The notes beneath the pieces are model-generated. The model made no database searches and was not told the origin of the DNA. It saw only the letters and a program-made list of their open reading frames with translations. Made by a program: the position numbers and the translations under genes. From positions 8,556,001 to 8,620,000 of the forward strand of contig CM102290.1 of assembly GCA_046563655.1 (NCBI GenBank): a stretch of DNA of 64,000 nucleotides, given 5' to 3'. This DNA is from Yuukianura sp. NJ FZ-2021. Its lineage: Eukaryota. Positions 53,701 to 64,000 of the stretch are shown in pieces (the first letter of the stretch is position 1; every line of letters starts with the position of its first letter).

Positions 53701-54775
53701 TTCATCCACTCTCAGATTGTGCAAAACAATTCGTTTGTCAGAAAGAGCAACAGCAACGACATCTACGGCAGGAGTCTAGATAAGAATTTTAATATCGTGA
53801 AAATATATTGGATTGACTAACCATTCATACGCAAATATTTTAGAACATTTAGAATATTTGACCTAGACCTACCTGTACAATTTGGAGTATTCTCGATCCA
53901 AAAGTGTTGAAATGATGCACAATTCTATTAGAGCGCGTATTTAGGAGGATCATTGAACCTTCAACGGATCCAACCAATATCTTGTTGATGTAAGTAGCAG
54001 GATGCATCATGGTACATGGTGAGAAAGCTTCTGATTTTAGGGTAGCAGCGATTCTTCTCCCTTTTCAAAAAATAAAGTAACAGATAAAGTGTTGTAACTC
54101 GTAATATTCCAGTAGTTATAAAAATAACGTCATACTTTCCGTGATGACGTTCCAGACAACAACTTGTCCATCCGAATGGAGAGATATCAAATCCGGAGGA
54201 AAGGCAAGTAATGAAATGACATTTTCTCCGAATTGGTAGACATGCTTTAACTGTTTCAAAAAAAAACAAAAAACAAAGTTTAGATAAAGCACAAGATAAA
54301 TTACAAACCCTAGGATTCCTAGGCTAGGAATTTTACAGGCACTGCACAAATACGATTGTACCAATCTAACAGTTGGTACAATTTACCTCAAATCCACGTC
54401 TCCAAGCATAAATCAGATTCCCACAAGCAGTGTACACATGATAAGTGTCCACTGCCATACATGTGATGTCATCTGGCATAGACCCACTCGTCGTCAACAA
54501 CTGCAACTTCTGACTCTGTAAAGTAATTGAATTTTGCAATATTTAAATTCACGTCAAACATAGCATGCGATGCATACTAAATTAAGCCAACTAAAGTCAC
54601 TTACGGCGTATGTGTGAAAAGACCTGCCAACACATGTCACAACGAAGTTCTCACGACGGCGATGGATATATCTCAGGAGACACGGAACATCGCCACTGAC
54701 CTGACCCACTGTACGCAAGCTATGAAATATTCTACTCCCACCGGAACTGTTTGCCTGCACTTGAAGTTCCACCAT
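50761..54775 (-). CDS. WDR36: WD repeat protein 36 / U3 snoRNP-associated UTP21
   Basis: SRIFHSLRTVG...FVVTCVGRSFHTY, MHPATYINKILVGS, SSSDNSLKVWIFDMPDGSCRLLNSRDGH, FSPDNMWL, DYSPTGEHLA and RNKPKQPAKTYVAPFFL (Utp21 domain); stop TAA at 50761-50763. Confidence 0.93.
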
Positions 54776-55092
54776 GTTGAACTCGTGTTATTGGTACTTG
54801 ATCAAGTCCGACCAGTACAACTAATGCGTCAATATGATCGTACTAAAATCACAACACTATTAATTGTTAATTGAGTAAATTCCATCACAAACTGTTGAGA
54901 TAAACAAGACGAAGGATCACGTCGTGTCAAGGAATCTGCATTACAGAATCTGCAGCACGTGTTTACATGGAGAGTTGTACTAGGAGACACCTTCACACCA
55001 GCACGAGTAGTGCAGCACCCGATGGCTCACAAATGGGCAAAACCGCCAGAATATCTCAGTATCTCAGGAATTCGTGCTTCATTTACGTTTTA

Positions 55093-55867
55093 AGCCCGAA
55101 TCACATTGCAAGCCTTGCGTCGTGCGTCAACTTTAAAGTTGACGCTCAGAATTAAAGCGCGTTGATTTTGACGCAGACCCGAAGACTATCACACTGCGAG
55201 CTCTGGCGTTGAAAAAAAAGCAGCTTAAAAAAAAACGCACAGATTTCCCTACACCTACTATGACTGATCCTAGGCTATGACTTATAGCCTATGAGAGGAA
55301 CATGCAGAAAAGTATTGGATATGGATGAACAGCTGAGAAGCAGTGGTTAAATGTAATTCTTGGTCAATTTCAGTGCTTGACTTTCCGTTTCTTAACTTTC
55401 CCATTAAAGTCAAGGTTCTTCATCCATTTTTCCATAAATTAATTAAATAAAATAATTAAATAAAAATAACAAGTCCGGCGCCGGAACTTCTAACGACATT
55501 TTGATTCAGTAATGCAAAATGGACATTACCTGACTTGAAACTGAAGTTAAACCATGTCATAGTTAGTTAAAGTTGAAATAGCAGATGGTAAACAATTAAA
55601 AAAACAGACGATTCGATTTTGACGCGAAGAAAAGTTGAACCAAGTTCAACTTCTCATCGCGTCAACTTTTCTTGACGCGACGTCAGTTTTGAATCGGAAG
55701 GAGGCAGTGTGATAGCTCCCCGATTTTGAGGTCGCGTTGAGTTTGAGGCTGAGAAAAAACGCGCGTCAACTCAACGCAGCCTCAAATCCAATGTGATAGC
55801 CTTTTTCTCGCGTTGGATTCAAATCCAACGCAAAAAGTTGAGGTGCGTCGGCAATGTGATACGGGCT
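55093..55867. mobile_element. Non-autonomous PIF/Harbinger-like element
   Basis: TIR AGCCCG(A/T)ATCACATTGC at both ends; 3-bp TTA TSD at 55090-55092 and 55868-55870; repeated subterminal TATCACA(C/T)TG and TTGACGC motifs. Confidence 0.8.
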
Positions 55868-56176
55868 TTAGAAGAAAAACTGATGCAATGAATCTTCACA
55901 TTAAATAATTATATTTTTTAATTAAAATGATTCTTTAGTACATCGGTTTTTTAATAGAATAATGTCTAGTTTTCGGAATAAATAATTAATGAAGTTTAAC
56001 TGAATTTATTATTATTATGAGTGCAATAAATATAAAAAATAACGTTGAATTCAAATACACCCAATTCTTCCCTCAAGAATAAGACAGTTATCAATATTCC
56101 ATCAAATTAGAAATTTTATTCGGAGAAATATAAATGGAAACAAATTAAGAGTCATTGAGAACAACTTCATCTCCTT

Positions 56177-56613
56177 TTACAGCTTGAGCTTAGTCCTCCT
56201 CCAGTGACGTCGCTTAGCATTGTACCTGAAATAGTTACAAACAAATTAGGCTAATCGGTTTTTGCTTGACATAGTATGTATGTAGCACTTTTTGTCATTA
56301 AGTGTCGCTTACCGAATTGTATTTCCAGTTTTCATCCGAATCCATTGAGGGATGGGCCGATTCTGGGCTTGCTTCCTCGCCAGTTTCTTCTTTACCAGGA
56401 AAGATTTGTGAGAAGACTGAAAAAATGTTATGTAATTTATTAGTTACTAGGCATAAAAATTTCATTCTTTGCTGCACGTAATTCTGTTTTGCGTTCATAC
56501 TAATTTATCAAAACAAACCACAATCCGGCCCTCCTTCCGAGGTTTTTGGCAAACCTAAAAGGAGGCCAGAACAATTGTTTCAGAAATTTAAGAAACAGAG
56601 AGACACTTACCAT
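56177..56613 (-). CDS. RPL39: 60S ribosomal protein L39 (eL39), 51 aa
   Basis: ATG|GT at 56611-56613 (alternative ATG|GT at 56726-56728), exons 56313-56416 and 56177-56225. Translation: [51 protein letters not shown]. Confidence 0.96.
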
Positions 56614-57674
56614 ATCTGAAAGCTGGTCACTTAACTCGTGGTCTTCCGAATCTGACCTGTGACCGTCGAAGAACAATTACGTTCAATTAATTGAAAAACA
56701 CAAGACTACAAAACAGTTACCTCACCATATCAATTCTTTTACCACAACACAAGACACTAGACACACCTAAGACTGTGTCATGTGACTCTGAGGAATTGAT
56801 CTCAAAAATTTGCACCACAATTGTAACCAGAATTTGGCGCTATGCTGGTCATTATTTGTCAGTAGATGGCACACCAATGTCAGCTTAAGTCCATACGAGA
56901 CGCTTTGTTGATGTAGTATGACTCCCTGAAGTAATTAAAGTACCCTAACAATTTAACGTACAATAGTAGTTCAACTTCCTAATCACGTGAATTTGAAATA
57001 AAAACGAACGAAATATTAATGCAGAAGTAACTTATTTATATAATTGACTATGACTTGTGCAATCCTGGGAAACAGGTTAAAGTTTCAAAGTTTTTCAGAA
57101 ATTCTTGAGCTAATGAAATAATAAACCCTACTGCACTGCAAAATCCACTATTCCAATAAAATTAGTTTCCACAAGTGTTTATTCCCCATGTATTTAAATA
57201 GCAGTTAATTAGATACTAAATAAATAAGTCAAACTAAAACTAAACATGTTGTATAAAAATCATCCAATAAGTTAAAGTGTGGGTTGCATTTTGAAATGTT
57301 TTCTTCTATCATCCATTGATAGTTGACAAATGTTTCTTAAATTAAACTTTGATTTTTAGTTATCAAATTATGTAAAAGTTTAAAAAACTTAAATAACACA
57401 ATACCCTCCAATCACCGACCACAACTCATCCCATGTTTGCCCTTGAAACTTTCCTTGCAAAAATTTTCCTTTGACCATCATATAAAACTGTAATCAAAAT
57501 GTAATTAAAAAGAATTAAAATGTAATTTAAATGTGATTTTTAAAAAGCATTAAATTAAACCAAGCACCATGTGGAGTGCCAATTGCTGCCCAAAGAAATA
57601 CTCTACCCACAGCCGCTCGGTTTGCGTTCGGTCGTATCCACTGTTAAGTTCACTTTTACAATTTCAAGCGGCGT

Positions 57675-60600
57675 TCAATTGTATCTGCTTTGTTGGTTTC
57701 GTCGTGACCTTCGAACTACTCTTTTAGCATGTCGTGACTTGGCATATTGAAAAGTATTAGCAAAGTTTGTAGGATAAGCTCCACGACTGCTCGGAACGTT
57801 CACGTACGGGTTTCCACTTGTAGGAAACTTCATGGTAAGTGGTTGGTGGTAGGAGCATGATGCTGCTGGGGCCTGTTGCAATGACGGACAGTATGGCACT
57901 ACTGCTGGTCTAGTGTAAGCATTGGATCTACAGTCTGGATAAAAAATGACTGGAATGTTGGACGTAATGGCTCCAGGAAGTTGAGCATAGTCAATTCCTT
58001 CTGGTTGTTGTTGTTGTGACTGATATGGACAATTGCCATAACGTTCGTCGCAAGGCAACCCTCCAGAAGATTGTTCTCCAGAATCATTTCCGAGCCCATT
58101 TTGGTCAACTCCGCTACCTTCTCCGGATTCTCCGGACTCAGTCGGCGGGACGTAAATTCCAGGCGGAACTGGGATTCGGCCGGGAGACATTCCAGGAAGT
58201 TTTTGCTCAAAGTATCCCCCTTGAAATCTGTCTCCGATTGACGATTGGGAAACTAAAGAAATAAAGTCAATTAATGTTATTTAAACCTAGAGGGGTTTAG
58301 CATACTAAACAAAAGTTAACGGTAACGCTACCGGGAGGGTTAAGGTGTCCACCGGGTTTCGAACCTGGACCAGAAAAATAACTTCCAGAATCTCCCGGTC
58401 GTTGTTCAGCCGATGAAAATTGATTCGTTTCTTGTGACCCTGAAGTAGGTGAAGCCGGTCGATGGCCAACGTTGTATTGAGGGGACAGCGGCCTCTGTCC
58501 AGAGCCCAAGTGAGGGGCTAACGTTGACATTGGCCGATTTCCAATACTGGATTGTGTAGACAGAGGTCTTTGTCCTCCAGCATTCAATTTTGGTGAAGAT
58601 GGAGCTGTTGGCCGATGTGCAGAGTTGAGGTGAGGTGACGACGTAGACCCTGGTCGATATCCAGCACCATGTTGTGGTGACTGTTGTCTTTGGCCACCAA
58701 TTACCTGAGGAGCTGCAGTCGCTCCTGGTCTTAGTCCAGCATTTGCTTGTGGAGACGCTGAAGGTGAAACGGGTCGATACCCAGCATTTGATTGCGACGA
58801 TGGTCGTTGTCCAGGATTTGGTTGTGGTGATGCCGTTTGAATGGTGCCTTGAGAGTGATGAGACAGCGCTTCCTGCGCATGCTCAGATGGATGTCCTGGC
58901 TGTTGCGTTGCACCTACTGCACTTGTCAGGACCTGGTCGCCTTGAAAATACTGTTGCTGACCTGCAGTACTTCCAGAAGGAGCTGGAACTGGCAAAACGC
59001 CTTGCAGATACGTCCCTTGGTTTTGGTTTAGTGAAGTTGGCGGGGTAGGATAAATGTAACCTCCTTCCGACGACTGCTGAGAAACTCCGGTGCCTGACGC
59101 ATGGTTGGAAAATGTTTGTGATGCTGGCTGAGCTGATGGAGGTGGGTTTTGGGCATTTCTAATTTCTTCAACGTAGTGTTCTTCAGACAAAAGGCCTCCG
59201 ACTCCTGGGCGTGGGAAGTTGACCTGTGGAGGTTGGCCGTTGACCTGAGTCTTCGGGCCGTTACCATTTGACGGTGGGGCATTGACCTGTTGTGGTGGTG
59301 GGACGGAGGATGGAAGTCTTTGGCCGTATCCCCCTGGCGGAGTATACGAATAGCCTCCCTTCTCCGCAGATCCATGTTGTACTAGTTTATTATCATCTGA
59401 ATTTTGCGAACTTTGAGCTCCAGCACCAGATCCTCCTGAATTTTGATTTTTCAAAGTTTTTTTTACTTACTTTTTTAACAATTTGATTCTGAATTGAATT
59501 AGGATAGTATATTACCGATTCCGCCAGACCCTCCATTGGCCGTCGAACTTCCGCTTGCGACTCCTCCTGAAAAAATATAAAATTTCGAATTTTGCTAACG
59601 CATGTCTTTTACAAATTCTGCTTTGGCATTTACCGTTGCCAGCAGATCCACCATCTCCGGCAGATGCACTGGAGCTTCCGCTTGCATTTCCACCTTTCGA
59701 AAAAATAATAATAATAAAGTTTTATTTTTCCAAAAAACTATGATTCAGTTAAGGTTTCCGCCAATTTCCTTTGCGTACCTCGCCCGCCAGCGCCAGCGGA
59801 TCCACCATTTGCACTGGAACTTCCGCTTGCGGTACCACCTAAAATATGGACAGATTTAAAGAAAAAATGTTTTTTATTTGTATTTGTTAAATATCTATTT
59901 AAATCTTAAAAAAAACTCACCGCGTCCCCCAGATCCACCAGCGCCACCTTTCGCTGTTGAACTGCCACTTGCATTCCCACCTTAATATGTTTTAGAAATT
60001 ATTGGAACTGAATATTTTAAAAATGTATAAATATCTTACCATCGCCACCACTAGCAGCATTTCCACCAACAGCACTAGAACTTCCACTTGCAACTCCACC
60101 TGTATAGACGCAACTTACATTTTTAATTTTGAAATTTTCATAATTAGTTAGTACAACAAGAACGACATTATTTTATATATTTTTACCTTTTCCACCAGAC
60201 CCGGCTGAACCACCATTTGCATTTGAGCTTCCGCTGGCAGATCCTCCTGAAACCAAATTCAAAATTAGCTTGAATTCAGCAGAAAAATATACTAGTTATA
60301 CTTTTGAAAATTTTCATACCTTTGCCGCCATTTCCACCATAACCTCCGCTTGCATCGGAACTTCCACTGGCTTCGCCACCTTAGTTTGAAAAACTCCTTT
60401 TAGCGTTAGAGACTACTTTCTTTAAATATTTTGGTTTTTTATCCAATTGTATTTACCGTCTCCACCGTTGCCACCATTTCCTCCATTTGCAGCGGAGCTT
60501 CCACTGGCAACTCCTGCGTTGCCACCGTTGCCTCCATTACCACCATTGGCCTTTGAACTACCGCTCGACACTCCGCCTAAAGTTAACGACATTTTCAAAG

Positions 60601-61790
60601 ACAACTGTGCAACAACACAAAATGAAATTCACAAAAAACTATTCAGACCGTCTCCGCCGTTTCCTCCTGGACCGCCATTGGCTGCTGCACTTCCGCTCAC
60701 AAGACCACCTTTTTCAGAAAATGAATTTGCAAAAAATGAATTTTTCGAAAAATAACTTTGCAAAAAATCTGGACTACGACATATGAAGAACTAAATAGCT
60801 CACCGGTGCCACCTTCTCCACCATAACCTCCATCCGAGAGTATTCCAGGCCCGCCTGCTTAAAATTGTCCAGTATTAGATTTGTAAAAATCATTTTTTAA
60901 AAATTTGATCAAACTACCTGGTTTACCCCCGGTTCCAGGAAAGGCAATGTCTGAACCTACAGAAATTAACAAAAATTGATAGCCATGAAGATTACAATTG
61001 AAAATCGCAGATTTACAACTCGTTATGTTTAAAAAATTACGCAGCGGGAGAGTTGAATGAGTCGTAACTGACGCTGCCGTTTTGACAGAAAGCGAATTTC
61101 CAGCTTGTGTTCTAATGAGTCCGGGTGGAATAAATGGAGGAGAAATTGACGCAGGCGCAGAGAGTGGAGTGGCTCCATCTCGTTCATAATTTGAACAAAC
61201 TTTTGGAAAATCCAGTTGAGCCCATGAACGCAAAGTTCCTTTCATTTCTGCAGTTGAACCTTCCGATTGATCCGATGGATAAAAAACGTTGACTGAATTT
61301 CCCACTGTTATTGGTCGGTAGCCCCAGGAATCTGACAGAAAAGATCAAATTTTCAAATTCCTCAGCAATAATTTCAAAAAACTCAGAAAATTTGAACTTG
61401 TAAAAACCTGAAACGTAGTAAGTGATCTGTGGTTTGTCATTTGGATCTACATAGCCATAGCAGCCATAAACAACGCCGTCCGGTGCTTTATTTTCATGAT
61501 GAAATTGACCATTTGGACCCTCAGGTTTTACGTCGTAACCATAATTGTAGTTCCCTGAAAAATTTTTAAATTGTTCCGACTGCATTTTTGTACAAATTTT
61601 TATGGCTAATATTCTTACCTTGTCTAAAATTTTGGTTTAGGTACTGCGTTTTGTTGAGGTCTTCGATTGAAAGGACTTGCACGGTTCCATTTTGATTCAC
61701 AACATCATTTTTGTCCGAATTTTCAACTTTGGCTTGGGTAGACACTGTCAAAAACAATAACGCCGCAGCGATACCAACGAAGGGCGTAAC
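57675..61790 (-). CDS. Secreted chitin-binding (R&R-type) protein, l(3)malignant blood neoplasm-like, with Gly-rich repeat array and Pro/Gln/Ser-rich tail; first exon not located
   Basis: Signal peptide exon (VTPFVGIAAALLFLTVSTQA); domain NYNYGYDV...GQFHHE...PDGVVYGCYGYVDP...ITYYVSDSWGYR...LDFPKVC; eleven small phase 1-1 exons at 59516-60956; a large low-complexity exon with GYSYTPP/GYIYPTP motifs; last exon ends at 57675. Confidence 0.8.
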
Positions 61791-64000
61791 CTATCAAGTA
61801 AAAAACAAAACAAAAAAGAAATCAATTTTGGAAAAAACATTTCAGAAAACCAATTTTGAGGAGTAAACATTTCATGATTTCCAGGTTTGAGTCCATCATT
61901 AACATTGCTTTTAGTTTGAAGAATCAAGGGTATTCACAATGCAAAAAGTTGTGTAGAACATGTTTGAACGGATAATAATTTTTTGAAAGTGTGTGGGTCG
62001 ACAGGTTGAAATTGAAACTCCCAACTATGACTAATATGGCAAGATGCTCTTACAAAGTCTAAATGCCACTCTTGATGTTCTGTGACATTTGGCTCATGAT
62101 TTGGTCATTACAGAATTCCGAAGGATGTCATTGTCAAATCCAATCCCAATATTTAATTCAGTTGCATTGTTCTTGTTCATCCATTGTATCGGTTAGAGAT
62201 GGACTTGGGAAAATAGATTCAGATGCAATTGCAACATTTACTTAATCACTAAAAATCAGGATCAACTATACTTTTTGGACCACGCCACTCACTATATGTT
62301 GTAATGTAGCAATGCAACCCTGTCGTTGGAGGTCGATTTAATAGTTAGCATTACAAAGAGAGCTCATCTTCTATAGAAATGCTTCAATTGAAATGACAGA
62401 TTGTCCACTTTCATTGTTCTTCGTCAATCCATTTTCAGTTGGTTGTGACAGTGTCATTCTTGTGTCACACAAGTTGACTCCAGAAACTGAGTCGAGGTCG
62501 AGAAACTGATACTTTTTTCAATTTTTTGATGTCTCAAAGCTGAAATGAGTTTATGCTTATACAGATTCTAAAACTTTTGTATTTTACTATTTTTGACTTT
62601 GGCTTTGGTTTTAAATTGAGTTGAGTTTGGATTATTTTTGGGCGATTTTTTTTTACAAACTTAGAATGCTTACAAAGTGACGCCAACTTTGAGTGAAATT
62701 TAGAAAAATTGGGTCTCGTGTTTTCAACTGCAGAAACTCCGAAATTGTCTGGTACCACCACTTGAACAGCTTGAATAAAATTTCAAACTTTTTGCAATTT
62801 TCATTTCAAAAATATACGACGCTTTCCTCTGTTAAAATCCATACAATTCTAATCTTTTCAAATGGCTCTACGAAGGGTTTTCTATAGAAATTGACTATTT
62901 GAACAAAGTTAACGTAAAGTTATGTTTAGTTTGCATTGTCATTTGTCAACTTTAAAAAAATGGTCCTATTGATTTGTTAGAATGCTTCTTAACTGACACC
63001 ACCTTCAAGTCCATATTGCATCCATGTTACCTTCGTATGCACTATTGGCATCGTGTATACACGAGGACAATGTTCGCCTAAATTCAACATGGGCTTGTCA
63101 AAGTCAACAGCACCGAAACCTACACATAACACACAGCGAAATGAATAAGTCCATTATGAAAGTGACACAAGTCGAGCCATTGGAAATACTTTCCATTATT
63201 TTGCGTTTAACAAAAGGCTCATTTAAACCTTTTATTTTCTGTTCCTATTACGATCTTTTGTTTCTGAGCGTCGTCTATTCATATACGACGTCTTTCTAAA
63301 AATTCAATTCCACCAGCCTCTGAATTTCTATGGACAGGCAATATATGGGCTAGCACAAATACTGCGGAGAGCGGTTGAAACATCCCATTCAAACAAAGGC
63401 GCTATGTTAGTAATTAGCAAATTGCAATTTGCGATTCTGAATTTGCAAATTGGAAGAACTTAAAAGAGCATGAGGCGCTTCGTACCCAGGAAACATTTTT
63501 TGATGACTATCAATTTGTAGTTCATTCAAGATTGAATAAAAGTGTGGCCTTAATTGTTACGTATGTGCTCCTCCGGCAGATGACGACATCGTTATGCATA
63601 ATTTGTCGAACCAAAACAATGCCTTAGGTAACCAACACAAAAAAGTGAAATTCAAAATTTTCCGCTTAAACTTGTATTAAAATTTAAGTTTTGCTAAACT
63701 GGAAGGAGACATAAGGTTAACTTTTCAAGTGCTGGGATTACTTAAGACTAAAGATCCATTGTTTATAATAATTGGATGCGTGTCTCAAAGGATGCAGTTC
63801 AGATTTAAGTGTTTGGGGTTTTGGTGTAGGCTAAATTCCGTTTGTTATTATTTGGATATGCTCCCATTATGAAACAAAGAGTCCCAGTGTGATTCTATTT
63901 ATTGACAAAGGCTTCACTTCCCTTGTGGACTTGGAGTGCCCTCGACTTTACAATACAAAGGGCTTTTGGTCTTAGCTTTGGTCACTTCCTCTTTAATTAG

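Noticed and set aside
56298..56498. ORF-track peptide ...[15 protein letters not shown]...
   Set aside because: Wrong frame; the region is an RPL39 exon read in another frame.
59516..60708. Repeat-spacer pattern resembling an array of non-coding repeats
   Set aside because: The spacers are GT-AG introns and the repeats vary at synonymous positions, so these are coding exons.
62000..63700. Possible decayed gene or TE on the minus strand, or first exon of the chitin-binding gene
   Set aside because: Multiple stops in the frames read, no recognisable domain, and no phase-0 ATG exon identified with confidence.

Overview
AT-rich, intron-dense eukaryotic genomic DNA. Short introns of about 60 nt, R&R cuticle proteins and TTAGG repeats point to an arthropod. 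Eleven spliced protein-coding genes can be assembled by eye: CCDC51/MITOK (+), a divergent DHCR24-family sterol reductase (-), LRIG/lambik (-), an orphan single-pass membrane protein (+), Mitf/TFE (-), DOCK180/myoblast city (+), an RR-1 cuticle protein (-), an orphan TQT-motif coiled-coil protein (-), WDR36/UTP21 (-), RPL39 (-, absent from the ORF track), and an l(3)mbn-like chitin-binding protein with a micro-exon Gly-rich repeat array (-). Several non-autonomous DNA transposons have readable ends: two foldback MITEs with TTAGG cores, hAT-like, Helentron/HINE-like and Harbinger-like elements. Top observations: (1) the Mitf leucine zipper lacks the 3-residue insertion that defines MiT/TFE dimerisation specificity and is in MAX-like register; (2) a one-repeat-per-exon Gly-rich array; (3) an RPL39 locus with a structured intron and a possible acidic N-terminally extended isoform; (4) a perfect CLEAR palindrome inside Mitf's own coding exon. 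All assignments come from reading the sequence and from remembered family motifs; no searches were run.
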